NCBI RefSeq assembly: GCF_020745735.1
Contig: NC_083432.1
Location: 37,472,533-37,536,532, forward strand
Direction of reading: 5' to 3'
From: Hemiscyllium ocellatum
Taxonomy: Eukaryota
Length of the DNA stretch: 64,000 nt
In this document: positions 13,511 to 25,169 of the stretch, in pieces
How positions within the stretch are numbered: the first letter of the stretch is position 1
How the letters are laid out: every line of letters starts with the position of its first letter
Made by a program: the position numbers and the translations under genes
The notes under the pieces: generated by a model
Told to the model about the DNA's origin: nothing
Database searches by the model: none
Seen by the model: the letters and a program-made list of their open reading frames with translations, nothing else

Positions 13511-15242
13511 ATCTTTGCTGACTTTGCCAGTAGCTGTGGCATTAGTACATAGATCATACTGAGAGCAAGGAACTTTGGTGTTCTTTAGATAGCAATGGTT
13601 GCTCCAGGAATTAAGTACTGGTTAATCAAAGGCCCAAGTAGGAAGTAAATGGTTGCAAATGCGAATATCACCGATAAATGAAAATAATTTGCATTTTACA
13701 CTCTCTCTCATTGTAGCCTAGAAGTACTCTTGTGCTATTGTGTGGCATTGTTTGCTGAGGTAATCATGCAAGATTATTAGTGCTTAAGCAGTTAAAATAC
13801 AAAATGAGGATTTGCCTGACAGGTAACTCTGACAACAACAAGAATGCAGTTTCTTAAAAAAATATTTGAACACTTTTGTTTATTAGTTATGAAGTCATTG
13901 GAGATTGATTGTTTAAACGGCTATTGACTGTTCAGCCAAAATTGGATGTGCTTACTTTTTAATTGACAATGGAAAATAGTGCATCATGAGATTGGACATG
14001 TTGAAAATGCTAGCTGTGTGTCCAATCTTTATACAGCCACAATATCAATAAAGATTGAATTATTCTAAATACATACTGGACAAATCAGCATTACCACAGT
14101 GTCACATCCTTGAGCAAAGATTGGGAATGGGAATTACTACAGCTCAGGACGGAGAGAAAGTAGACTGATCATGTTCTCTAAAACATGGAGTGGGCTCATG
14201 GGAATGGACACAAACCATGAAGTAGCCATCTGCATAAACTGCAAAGACACATTTGTTTCAAAGATGGTGCATCAACTCTTTTTTTTTCCCCCAAGGACAA
14301 TCCCACAATGGGGCAAGCTGCCAAAGGAAATATTCACAGCCCCTGCACTTGAATATACAAGAACCATCCATGAATTATTCCCATTTATAAGCTTTCATTG
14401 TCAGGACTGGTGTCTCAACAGATATAGTTCGCACATGTCAAAAGGTCTGGGTTGCCAATGCAACTAAGTCAGAGCAGAATATTCTTCCTGGTTTATGGAC
14501 AGTGCTTTCTCACTTTGCCCTGGTTCTGGAACTTTTTCCAGTAGATGGCAGCATGCCATATATTAATAATTAACCAATGGATGAGTTGAGTTGACTTTTA
14601 TAGTGTGTACTGTGATTCTCCAGATTTGCTCAGCTCTGAGATCTGAATTCTCAACATCTACCTCTTTAATCTTCTCTAATATTTAAGAATAATTGTGACA
14701 GGCACTTATATGGAGTCATCATTAACCATTAATCCAAGTGCTCAAACTGTCTCCTCTTCTTTTCCTGATTCCATTCCCTGATTATCTTCAGCACAGTTTA
14801 GGTATTACCATTCTTACATGACACTTAGCTAATAATGTAATTTATCCACCAGCAGCAATGAGCAACGCTGCTGCTGGAATGGCAGTCTTATGTTGAATGA
14901 AGTTAAATTAACATTATGGTTCCTCTACAGTACAAATATCGTTTGAAGTTTGAAAGTTTTATGAAAGTTAATGCTAAGTAACTGTGCACAGGTTGAGCCA
15001 TTAATAAAAGTATTCAGAGATTGTAAAATTGTAAAATAATGGGCCACTTTGGTAACAGACTGCAGTGAAACACACGCTCAAAACAAATAAACTAATAGCT
15101 CTGCAGGGGATAAAATTAGAAATGTAATAGATTTCGCAACTAATTGGCCAGATTCTCAACTTCACACCAGTGTAGTCCCCTGCTGCTTCATTTACAAGAA
15201 TCTAATTTCTTGAAAGTTAATGCCACTCCTCTCATCTGTGCT

Positions 15243-15268
15243 GAATAGATTCCAGAAGATGCTGGAAT
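15243..15268 (+). promoter_or_regulatory. Distal heat shock element of hsp30 copy 1
   Basis: GAATAGATTCCAGAAGATGCTGGAAT; homologous to the distal TTCCAGAA block of the other copies. Confidence 0.6.
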
Positions 15269-15366
15269 TTGCCTGTGGGTGTCACTGAGTCAATTCATTC
15301 TTGTTTCAAACCAACACGATGAGACATTCATTTCCTTTCAGCCGATGTGTAATAAACCCAGCAAAG

Positions 15367-15800
15367 GAAGCAAGGTGGAGGGTCTGCCCCGTCTGCATCA
15401 ATGGAGCTGAGGTGGAGAGGGTCAACATCGTCATGTTCGTAGGAGTGACGATCACCAACAATTTATCCTGGTCCACCCACATTGACGCAATGGCCAAGAA
15501 AGCACAACAACACCTCCACATCCTCTGGAACTAAGGAAATTCAGGATGTCCACAATGACTCTTAACAATTTTTATAGATGTACCATAGAAAACGCTCTAG
15601 CCAAATGTATCGTGGCTTGGTACGGTAACTGTTCTGCCCGGGACCGTAAGAAACAACAGAGAGTTGTAAACACAGTAAATTTCAAATTTAGTGTTGATCT
15701 CACTCTTTGTGCACCTTGTCTGCAGCTGCAACATTGAATTTCTTACTCTGTTTTATCAACCTAATGCACTTTGTATGGCATGATCTAAATATGTTTAGCT
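15367..15800 (+). mobile_element. Rex1/Babar-like LINE 3' fragment inside the copy 1 promoter
   Basis: INGAEVERV...GVTITNNLSWSTHID, FYRCTIE, WYGNCSARDRK; interrupts the promoter string AAACCCAGCAAA...ATTCTGGAA. Confidence 0.8.
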
Positions 15801-15802
15801 TA

Positions 15803-15841
15803 TTCTGGAAATGTCTGGATTCCTGGCAGTAGAATATATAA
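15803..15841 (+). promoter_or_regulatory. Proximal HSE and TATA box, copy 1
   Basis: TTCtgGAAatGTCtgGAT then TATATAA (15835-15841), about 95 nt before the ATG. Confidence 0.85.
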
Positions 15842-15934
15842 GGTGTGAGCTCAGAGTGCTGCAGCAGATCAGAGACTGAAGACTGGGAGTTCACATCAGT
15901 CAGTTTGAGGGAAGTGAGAGAAGAGGCAGAGACA

Positions 15935-16594
15935 ATGCTGAGCTATCGGGCTTTCCACCCTTCACGTCTGTGCCAGCAGCCTGTATACACACTGGCGCCT
16001 GTTTCACACAGGCTCTGGGAACCACTTGAATGTAACATGTGGGAACAGGTGGAAGAAGCGAGAAAGGGCATGAACTTCATCAATCGAGTTCTTGAGGATC
16101 TGACAGCAGAATGTTTTGCAGAAGTACCAAGAACTCGAGACAACAAATCTGATGCTAATGGAGAAGGTAAAAGACAATCCGAGGACAAGGATGGAGATGG
16201 CTTTTCTGTGTCCCTGAATGTCCAGCACTTCCCCCCAGAAGACCTGAGGGTGAAAGTATTTGGAAGAAAAGTGCTGGTGACAGGAAAACACGAGAAGAAA
16301 TGTGATGATGGCAGCGGCTGTTACAGCTACAAATATGAAGAGTTCAGGAGAGAATTCCAGCTGCCAGAGGATGTCGATGCTGAAGCTCTTCGATGCTGTT
16401 TGTCACAGGACGGTCAGTTAAAGGTTCAAGCCCCGCGCCTGGCACTGCCAGCTGTGAATGAACGGACCGTCCCCATCAACATCACCTCGGAGACAACAAC
16501 CACTCCCCGGCTCAATCCTGACCAAGAGGCAGGGAAACAGGAGAGTGGGAAGTCTGTGGGGATCAAGAAAGAGATAGGAAAAATGGGCATTTAA
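15935..16594 (+). CDS. hsp30: Small heat shock protein HSP30-like, copy 1 (219 aa)
   Basis: Intronless ORF with alpha-crystallin domain (FSVSLNVQHFPPEDL...FRREFQLP...DGQLKVQAP) and IXI motif VPI. First ATG after the TATA box; AATAAA downstream. Confidence 0.93.
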   Translation: MLSYRAFHPSRLCQQPVYTLAPVSHRLWEPLECNMWEQVEEARKGMNFINRVLEDLTAECFAEVPRTRDNKSDANGEGKRQSEDKDGDGFSVSLNVQHFPPEDLRVKVFGRKVLVTGKHEKKCDDGSGCYSYKYEEFRREFQLPEDVDAEALRCCLSQDGQLKVQAPRLALPAVNERTVPINITSETTTTPRLNPDQEAGKQESGKSVGIKKEIGKMGI

Positions 16595-17747
16595 CACCAA
16601 TTTACCATGAATTTTAAAAATGTGCGAACATTGTAATGTTGAATCTTATTTCTTGTTTTCCTAACCTTAGGGAATTGTTCGCTCTCCTGTTATTTACATA
16701 TGTGATAAAAATAAACAAAATAAAATAAATGCATGATTGAAATAAAAGTTTTGAGACGGTAATATGGATTTGTTTTGCCCATGAGATGAAACAAAAATAT
16801 TCTGCAACGTAAAGTGTCAGCATTCGCTTCCATTCCGTCCCAGTAACAGGGCTCATTTAATGTGACCCAACTCAGAAAGCTCAAAATAGAAACATACAGC
16901 CAAACAGACCCTTCAGTCCAACCCATCCATGCCAACGCATAATCCCAAACTAAATTCCTCCCACCTGCCTTTACTTGGCCTTTTTCTCTCCAAACATTGT
17001 ACGTGAAAACCACTCTCTGTGTAAAAACATTGCCCTTCATGTCCTTTTGTTACATTTTTCTCATTTCACCTTAAAAATATATCCCCTAGTCTTGAAACCC
17101 CCCACCCTATAGAAAATAAACTCTATGTGTGAAAATCTGCTTCTAATGAAGCTGCCGCGCTCCAACACTTTTAAAACCCATTGCCATTGATGGGCTTTGA
17201 TAAGTGATTTTTAGAGGATGCAATGGCCTGGTGCCATTATCATTGGACTGTTAATTCCCGGGTCAATCCTGACCAAGACCAGGCAATGTTCTGGGAACCC
17301 AGGTTTGAACCCTCCCATGGCAGGTAGTAGTATTTTAATTCAATGAAAAGTCTTGAATTAACAGTGTAACGATGACAATGAATTCACTTTGCTGATTATC
17401 AGAAAAACCCATCTGGTTCACTAATGTCCTTTAGGGAAGGCAGCTGCCATCTTTAGCTGGTTTGGCCTGTATATGGCTCTTAACTGCCCCCTGGGGAATT
17501 AAGAGCCAGCAAGACCCTCATTCTGTGAAAGAACAATAGAAATTGACCAATAAAGCTATTGACAAAATGTCATAGAATCACACAAAACAGACCCTTCAGT
17601 CCAACTAGTCCACTCTAACCATGTTCTCAAACTAAACTGGTCCCACTTGCCTGCATTTACTTCATTTCATTCCAAACCTTTCTTATTCATGTTTATCCAA
17701 ATGTCTTTTAAATGTTGTAATTGTACTTGTCTCTACCACTTCCTCTG

Positions 17748-18003
17748 GGAAGGAGAAAGTGAGGACTGCAGATGCTGGAGATTAGAGCTGAAAATGTGTT
17801 GCCTGAAAAGCACAGCAGATCAGGCAGCATCCAAGGAGCAGAGAATCGACGTTTCAGGCATGAGCCCTACTTCAGGAATGAGGAAAGTTTCCTCATGAGG
17901 GACTTTCCTCATTCCTGAAGAAGGGCTCATGCCCAAAACGTCAATTCTCCTGCTCCTTGGATGCTGCCTGATCTGCTGCGCTTTTCCAGCAACACATTTT
18001 CAG
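17748..18003. mobile_element. Penelope pLTR-derived hairpin
   Basis: Inverted arms match the 3' ends of the Penelope copies at 32520 and 59222; CTCTACCACTTCCTCT is repeated at 17731 and 18004. Confidence 0.85.
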
Positions 18004-19894
18004 CTCTACCACTTCCTCTTGCAATGTAGAATCAGGCAGGAGAACAGAATGCCACTAGGGTATGCAAGATTAATGCTTTGAAAAATGAATCCCATTCATC
18101 CAAGATTTCTGTTCTTATCCCAAAGTGAAACAAAGTATTCCTGCAATAATTTTTCAAAAGGTGTCTTTCAATCAGCTCCATAATTTTACATTTTCTATTG
18201 TAGTAAACAAAAAGAGCCCATAAACAAATTTTTGTTTTTTTTTCACATTCAGTCATTGGACATAGGAGTGTCTGGCTGACCAGCATTTATTACCCATCCC
18301 TAGTTGCCCTTGAGAAGGTGGTGGTGAGTTGCTTTCTTGAATCACTGCAGTCCATGTGCAGTAGGTTAACCCACAATGCCTTTGAAGAGGGACTTACAGG
18401 ATTTTGACCCAGTGACAGTCAAAGAACAGCGATAAGCTTCCAAGTTAGTATGGCGAGTGGCATGGATGGAAACATTCAGGTGGCAGTGTTCACAAGTACC
18501 TTCTGCCTTTGTCCTTCTGGATGGTGATGGGTTTGGAAGGTGGTGAATTTCTTCAGTGCAACTTGTAGATGACATAAAGAAAAGAAATGCATTTACTGAA
18601 AATCAGGAACCAAATCAGGAATTGTTAGAAAAACTCAGCACATTAGGCAGTATCTGTAAAGAGAAAGCAGAGTTATGTTTTGGGTGCAGTGACACTTCTT
18701 CAGAATATATATGTGAGAGAAAGAGTGGGGCAGGGGAAAAGAGTAAATGATAGATGGAGATGAATCCCAAGAGAGAAAAACAGTTGTTGTTTGTGGTCAC
18801 AGCCCATGTGATGTCAAAGCCTGGTGTATAGAGTTTGGGGTGAGGGCATGGGAGAAGGTGTTCAGGCCTTAAAATGATTAAGCTTGCATTCCCAAATTGG
18901 TCATGAAATTCCGTGTCCTTGCCACTCTCATTACATTTTTCAGATGGTGTTCAACAAGGAGGAGAAGCAATTCATCATTCAAGGAATGGAGTGAGGTGGT
19001 ATGTGGTAACCAACAGGAGGTTTTTTGCCAACATTTAACTTGATGGTATCAGACTTCATGCTGTCCAGAGTCAATGTTGAGGACTTCCAAGGCATCTCCC
19101 TCTCAATTGTATACCATTGTGCCGCTCCTTCTGTTGGGTTTGTCACTCCAGTAGGACAGGACATACCGAAGAATATTGATGGGAATGTTTGGTCCATTGT
19201 AAGGTCCCATTCTGTGAGTATGATTATGTCAGGCTGTGTTGATTAATCTGTGAGACAGCCCCAAGATGTTAATAAGGAGGACTTTGCAGGGTTGACGTTG
19301 TTGTTGTTTCTGGTGCCTAAGTTGATGCCAGGTAGTCTTTATAGCTTCTTTCCTTTCCTTAGACATTTTCAGAGTTTGATAAGCCATTTAAGAAGGCAAT
19401 TAAGAGTCAGCAGTGTTTTATGGGTTTGGAGTCACCTGTAGGCTAGAGCAGATAAAGACTGTGGACCTAATCCTCTGAGGGACATTAGTGAACCAGATGG
19501 ATTTTTCTGACAATCAACAATGACTTTACGGTCACCATAAGGCTTTTAATTATAGTTTTTTATTGACTTCATTGATTCAAACCCAGGTGCCCAGAACAAC
19601 ACCCAGGTTTCTGTGTTACTCGACTAGCAACAATGCCAATACCCAAAGGCATTCCTCTGAATGGTGTTTCGATTGAGAATAATCAGTTTTTGATGACATT
19701 GTTGCATTGCTAAAGAAAAATGACTGCAGATGCTGGAAATCAGAAACAAACAGAAATTGCTGGCAAACTCAGCAGGTCTAGCAGTTCTGAATCACACTGA
19801 GCCTGAAATATCAACTCTGCTTTCACTCCACAGATGCTGGCAAACCTGCTGGGTTTTCCCAGCAATTTCTGTTTTGGTGCATTGCTATATTATT

Positions 19895-20830
19895 TAGAGT
19901 TATAGAGTCATACAGCATGGAAACAGACCCTTCAGCCTAACTCATCCACACTGACAGGTTTCCTCAAATGAACTAGTCCTATTTGCCTGTATTTTTAAAA
20001 TGTTGTAATTGTACCTGCATCCATCACTTTCCCTGGCACTCAACTGCATGCACGCATCACCCTCTATGTGAAAAAGTTGGCCCTCAGGTCCCCTTTAAAT
20101 TTTACCCACTCACCTTAAATCAAAGCCATTTAGTTTTGGACTCCCTTATCATGGGGAAAAGACCTTGGCTATTCATCTTATACCCCTCATGATTTTACAA
20201 ACCTCTATAAGGTCAACCCTCAACCTTCTCACCTTCAGAGAAAAAAATCATACCCAACCAGACTCTCCTTATGACGCAAGCCCTTCAGACTCGATAATAC
20301 ACTTGAAAATCATTTTTGCACCCTTTCTAGTTTAACAACATCATTTCTACAGCAAGGCGACCAGAATTGTATGTAGTATTCCAAATGTTGCCTCACCAAT
20401 GTCTTGTAATGTGACATCCCAACTCTTGTATTCAGTGCTATAACTGACGAAGGCACCATTCCATTCTAATCTTAGATAACCCTCGTCACTGTCCACTATA
20501 CAGCCAATTTTGGCATCATCTGCAAATTTATTACCATGCCTCCTACACTCTCATCTAAATTGTTGCTATAAATGACAAACAACAGTGGACTCTGCACCTA
20601 TCCTTGTGGCACTGGCCTCTAGTTTGAACAACAAGCCACTATCACTATCCTCTGTCACTTACACGTCTCCCTGGATCCCATCTGATCTAACCTTGTTAAC
20701 CAGTCTACCATGTGGAGCCTCGTCGAAGGCCTTGCTGAAGTCCCTATAAACAACATGTACTGCTCTGCCTTCATCCATCTTTATGGTCACCTCTACAAAA
20801 ACAAACTCAGTCACGTTTGTGAGAGATTTT
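19895..20830 (-). mobile_element. Degraded CR1-clade LINE fragment
   Basis: Tail AGAGTCATA; RT remnants (TTTGCAGATGAT = FADD on the minus strand). Confidence 0.7.
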
Positions 20831-21502
20831 CCAAGAAAATAGGAACTAGTTGTAATGTGAGTTTACATCCAGAGTTCTACATTTACTACAATAGATCGTA
20901 AGCAGCAATGTAACAGTTTACTAACCATATTCAGAAAGACTTAAAATAACATCGAAAATGACTCTAAAAGAACCATCACTGAATTTGAAGCAGCAGAAGT
21001 TATAAAAGAAAACATGTAGCAATGTTTAACGTTTCTATTAATTAATTCATTAGTATTACTTTTGATACAAAAATCACAAATTTATAATTGCTAAATGAGT
21101 TTCCATTACACATGAATCTACTATGAACTTCAGTACAACTCTTTCCTCTCTATCATGAAATGGTGACAGGATAGTGAACTATTTTCCAGCCTTAGTATTA
21201 GTTCAGTCTAAATGTTTTCATTTGTGCACCATTTGATATAGGAGAGGGAGAGAAGGTGAGGAAGGGAGAACAGCCTAGCAGACATCACAGACTGGGGTGG
21301 GAGAGATTGGTAGCGGGAGCATGCATCATCTCCAAGATGTCACTCATTTTATTGCTACAGAAAGACACAGACATTAAAGATACAGGATCAGTGATATTAT
21401 TTAGGTGAAATGCTAAAACTTGCATATGGTGCAAATATCTTCACTTTTCCGCATGCTGGTTTTTCTATTAAATAGCTAATGTCAATTAAAGTGATTCCTA
21501 CT

Positions 21503-22473
21503 TTAGGGTGTAGGTGTGCTCACTGAGCTGTAGGTTTGATTTCTGGACGTTTCATTACCTGGCTAGGTAACATCATCAGTGGCGACCTCCAAGTGAAGTG
21601 AAGCTGTTGTCTCCTGCTTTCTATTTATATCTTTCTCCTGGATGGGGTTCCTGGGGCTTGTGGTGATGTCATTTCCTGTTCATTTTCTGAGGGGTTGATA
21701 GATGGCATCTAGATCTATGTGTTTGTTTATGGCGTTGTGGTTGGAGTGCCAGGACTCTAGGAATTCTCTGGCATGTCTTTGCTTAGCCTGTCCCAGGATA
21801 GATGTGTTGTCCCAGGCAAAATGGTGGCTTTTTTCATCCGTGTGTAGGGCTATGAGGGAGAGGGGGTCGTGTCTTTTTGTGGCTAGCTGGTGTTCATGTA
21901 TCCTGGTGGCTAACTTTCTTCCTGTTTGTCCTACATAGTGTTTGTGGCAGTCCTTGCATGGAATTTTATAGATGACTTTGGCTTTGTCCATGGATTGTAC
22001 CGGGTCTTTTAAATTTGTTAGTTTTTGTTTGAGAGTGTTGGTGGGTTTGTGTGCTAAGAGGATTCTGAGGAGTCTCAGTAGTCTGGCTGTCATTTCTGGC
22101 TGGTGAAGAAAAACACCATTTCGACTGGGACAACACATCTATCCTGGGACAGGCTAAGCAAAGACATGCCAGAGAATTCCTAGAGGCCTGGCACTCCAAC
22201 CACAATGCCATAAACAAACACATAGATCTAGATGCCATCTATCAACCCCTCAGAAAACGAACAGGAAATGACATCACCACAAACCCCAGGAACCCCATCC
22301 AGGACAAACATATAGATTAAAAGCAGGAGACAACAGCTTCGCTTCACTTGGAGGTTGCCATTGATGATGTTACCTGGCCAGGTAATGAAATGTCTGGATA
22401 TCAAACCTATAACTCAGTGAGCAAACCTACACCCTAAACCTCAACCTGAGCTACAAACCTTCACAAACCTTGC
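21503..22473. mobile_element. Penelope-like element with inverted 3' ends
   Basis: GIY-YIG VIYKIPCKDCHKHYVGQTGR on the minus strand; about 21503-21836 is inverted to about 22102-22438; TSD GTGATTCCTACT at 21491 and 22474. Confidence 0.9.
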
Positions 22474-22996
22474 GTGATTCCTACTATTCAGTAAGTGAGT
22501 GGTATACAGGCTGGAATCTGTGCTGGACCAGGTGGTGTTGCAGCTCATTGTGAACCTGTACAAACATCTGCTGGTCCAGAGCGATCCTCGAATGTGCTGT
22601 ACTGGATCTTCAAGAGAATTTCATGACTGCTAGGACTGAATCAGACTTTGGTAGATATTGACGTACTGAATTCATTCTCTGGGTTGTAAATTTATTGATG
22701 TTTAAATATGTCTTTTGGAAAATGAGAATAATGCGGTCAGCTTTTCAGTGATGTATCAGATTTGTTTTGATCAAGTAAGAAGGCAGAATCATCATAGTTA
22801 GTTTTCAAAAGTATTTATTGTGCCGAAATGCATACATAAATAGTTCCTATGAATGCTGATAACAGAAAAATACAGAACGACAAGCAATTAATATTCGGCA
22901 ATACATATTCACTTCAAATCCTCAGAAATGTAGTTCTACAAATGAGAAATTATTTTAACTTAAAGAGTTTGCTATAAATGAGTGATTTGTGGCCAA

Positions 22997-23644
22997 CTAT
23001 TTTTCAGCTTTCTTCATCCCCACATCCTTCCCACTCTCCTGTTTCTCTGTCTCTTGGTCAGGATTGAGCCGGGGAGTGGTTGTTGTCTCCGAGGTGATGT
23101 TGATGGGGACGGTCCGTTCATTCACAACTGGCAGTGCCAGGCGCGGGGCTTGAACCTTTAACTGACCGTCCTGTGACAAACAGCATCGAAGAGCTTCAGC
23201 ATCGACATCCTCTGGCAGCTGGAATTCTCTCCTGAACTCTTCATATTTGTAGCTGTAACAGCCGCTGCCATCATCACATTTCTTCTCGTGTTTTCCTGTC
23301 ACCAGCACTTTTCTTCCAATTACTTTCACACTCAGGTCTTCTGGGGGGAAGTGCTGGACATTCAGGGACACAGAAAAGCCATCTCCATCCTTGTCCTCGG
23401 ATTGTCTTTTACCTTCTCCACTAGCATCAGATTTGTTGTCTCGGGTTCTTGGTATTTCCCCAAAACATTCTGCTGTCAGATCCTCAAGAACTCGATTGAT
23501 GATGTTCATGCCCTTTCTCGCTTCTTCCACCTGTTCCCACATGTTACATTCAAGTGGTTCCCAGAGCCTGTGTGAAACAGGCGCCAGTGTGTATACAGGC
23601 CGCTGGCACAGACGTGAAGGGTGGAAAGCCCGATAGCTCAGCAT
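22997..23644 (-). CDS. hsp30: HSP30-like, copy 2 (215 aa)
   Basis: Near-identical to copy 1; AATAAA at 22814-22819 (minus). Confidence 0.93.
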   Translation of the reverse strand: MLSYRAFHPSRLCQRPVYTLAPVSHRLWEPLECNMWEQVEEARKGMNIINRVLEDLTAECFGEIPRTRDNKSDASGEGKRQSEDKDGDGFSVSLNVQHFPPEDLSVKVIGRKVLVTGKHEKKCDDGSGCYSYKYEEFRREFQLPEDVDAEALRCCLSQDGQLKVQAPRLALPVVNERTVPINITSETTTTPRLNPDQETEKQESGKDVGMKKAEK

Positions 23645-23737
23645 TGTCTCTGCCTCTTCTCTCACTTCCCTCAAACTGACTGATGTGAACTCCCAGTCTT
23701 CAGTCTCTGATCTGCTGCAGCACTCTGAGCTCACACC

Positions 23738-23776
23738 TTATATATTCTACTGCCAGGAATCCAGACATTTCCAGAA
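23738..23776 (-). promoter_or_regulatory. HSE and TATA box, copy 2
   Basis: Same motif as copy 1. Confidence 0.85.
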
Positions 23777-24738
23777 TGTCCTCAGGTTTGCTGGGTTTAT
23801 CACGTGAGCTGAAAATACACAACGTCACATCTCAGCCTTACTTTAAACAAGAATGACACGACTCAGTGACACCCACTGGAGGGCATCCACAGACTTCTGG
23901 AATATACTCAGACAGTGACATCATAGATGGGAGAAGCAATGTTAATGATTGACAGCTGAGCAGAAGGCTGAGTCTGTGCAGGAAAGTGAGAGTTTGTTCA
24001 AATACAGAGGAGATTAATTTATTGAACTAACAACTCATGACAAGCAGGAATGACGAGGCAGTGTTTGGTTTTTCTAACATTCCTGTTTTCTGTGATTTCT
24101 TGATATGACAGTGATATTGATCTGTTTCAGATGGAAGGAATTATAAATGAGTTTTATTTAAGTTCAGTAAAGTCTTGATTGCCTGCAGACAATTACCTTG
24201 TTTGTGATAGTGATGACGTTTGTAAGAAAATGAAATAGATCGAAATGAAGCTATGTCCTTTCATATTATAAAACCCTGTTGAGAATCATGGGTTTAACAC
24301 AGGATTTCCAATTATAGAAATTGAAGAATGCGCAAAAAAATGCTTCAGATTGAGCCAGCAACAAACAGGGCCATTCAGCCCAGCAAGCTAGTATCATTCC
24401 TTTGGAAGTACAATCAAATTACTTGCTCCTCCCATGCTCTTTTCCCAAACTCTGTAAACTCTGTTTTAGCCAGTGTTTGTACAATTGCAGTTTGTGAGTT
24501 GCTTTTCAATCTGCTCAGGAGAATTGTCTTCTTTTGGAGGATTATCAGTTTGAATTCTCTTCTCCAATGATCAGTGGAGGTGACAACATTGAATGCATTT
24601 GAGGCTTTATACATATTATTGTTTAAATGAGGAGTGATCAGTTATCTAGGAGGCAGGATTGCAGTGTTCTGCCCATCATTAACTCATTGCTGACTTTATG
24701 GAATACAGAAATGTGTTTGACGGGTGGAATGGCCTACT

Positions 24739-25052
24739 GATTAGATTAGATTACTTACAGTGTGGAAACAGGCCCTTCGGCCCAACAAGTCCACACCGAC
24801 CCGCCGAAGCGCAACCCACCCATACCCCTACATTTACCCCTTACCTAACACTAGGGGCAATTTAGCATGGCCAAATCACCTGACCCGCACATCTTTGGAC
24901 TGTGGGAGGAAACCGGAGCACCCGGAGGAAACCCACGCAGACACGGGGAGAACGTGCAAACTCCACACAGTCAGTCGCCTGAGTCGGGAATTGAACCCAG
25001 GTCTCGAGTGCTATGAGGCAGCAGTGCTAACCACTGTGCCACCGTGCCGCCC
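24739..25052 (-). mobile_element. Full-length, young HE1-like SINE
   Basis: Starts GGGCGGCACGGTGGCACAGTGG, has a B box and (TAATC)n tail, CpGs retained; absent at paralogous sites near 28519 and 34824. Confidence 0.9.
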
Positions 25053-25057
25053 AAAAT

Positions 25058-25154
25058 AAAAACGCCGGGCAGCGCCCGTAGTTAACTGGACGCGAACTCG
25101 CGGCCAGAAGGATTTGAGTGAAATCGAAGTAACTACTGAGCTAAAGCCAGCGCC
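25058..25154 (-). ncRNA. Vault RNA-like sequence, probably a retrocopy
   Basis: Minus strand GGCGCTGGCTTTAGCTCAGTAGTTACTTCG...GAGTTCGCGTCC...TAACTACGGGCGCTGCCCGGCGTTTTT (97 nt). Matches the vtRNA 5' signature GGCTGGCTTTAGCTCAGCGGTTACTTCG; terminal stems pair; ends in an oligo-T terminator. Confidence 0.88.
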
Positions 25155-25169
25155 ATAATGTTCATAATA

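Noticed and set aside
15845-15934. 30-aa N-terminal extension (MSSECCSRS...) given by the ORF track for every hsp30 copy
   Set aside because: It starts at a GTG only 4 nt after the TATA box, upstream of the expected transcription start. The first ATG (MLSYRAF) is the plausible start.
15943-16291. Recurrent 81-aa and 95-aa antisense ORFs overlapping each hsp30 gene
   Set aside because: Shadow frames; they recur only because the genes are near-identical.
25058-25154. Interpretation as a tRNA gene or second SINE head
   Set aside because: No cloverleaf is evident; the 5' and 3' signatures and the panhandle fit vault RNA.
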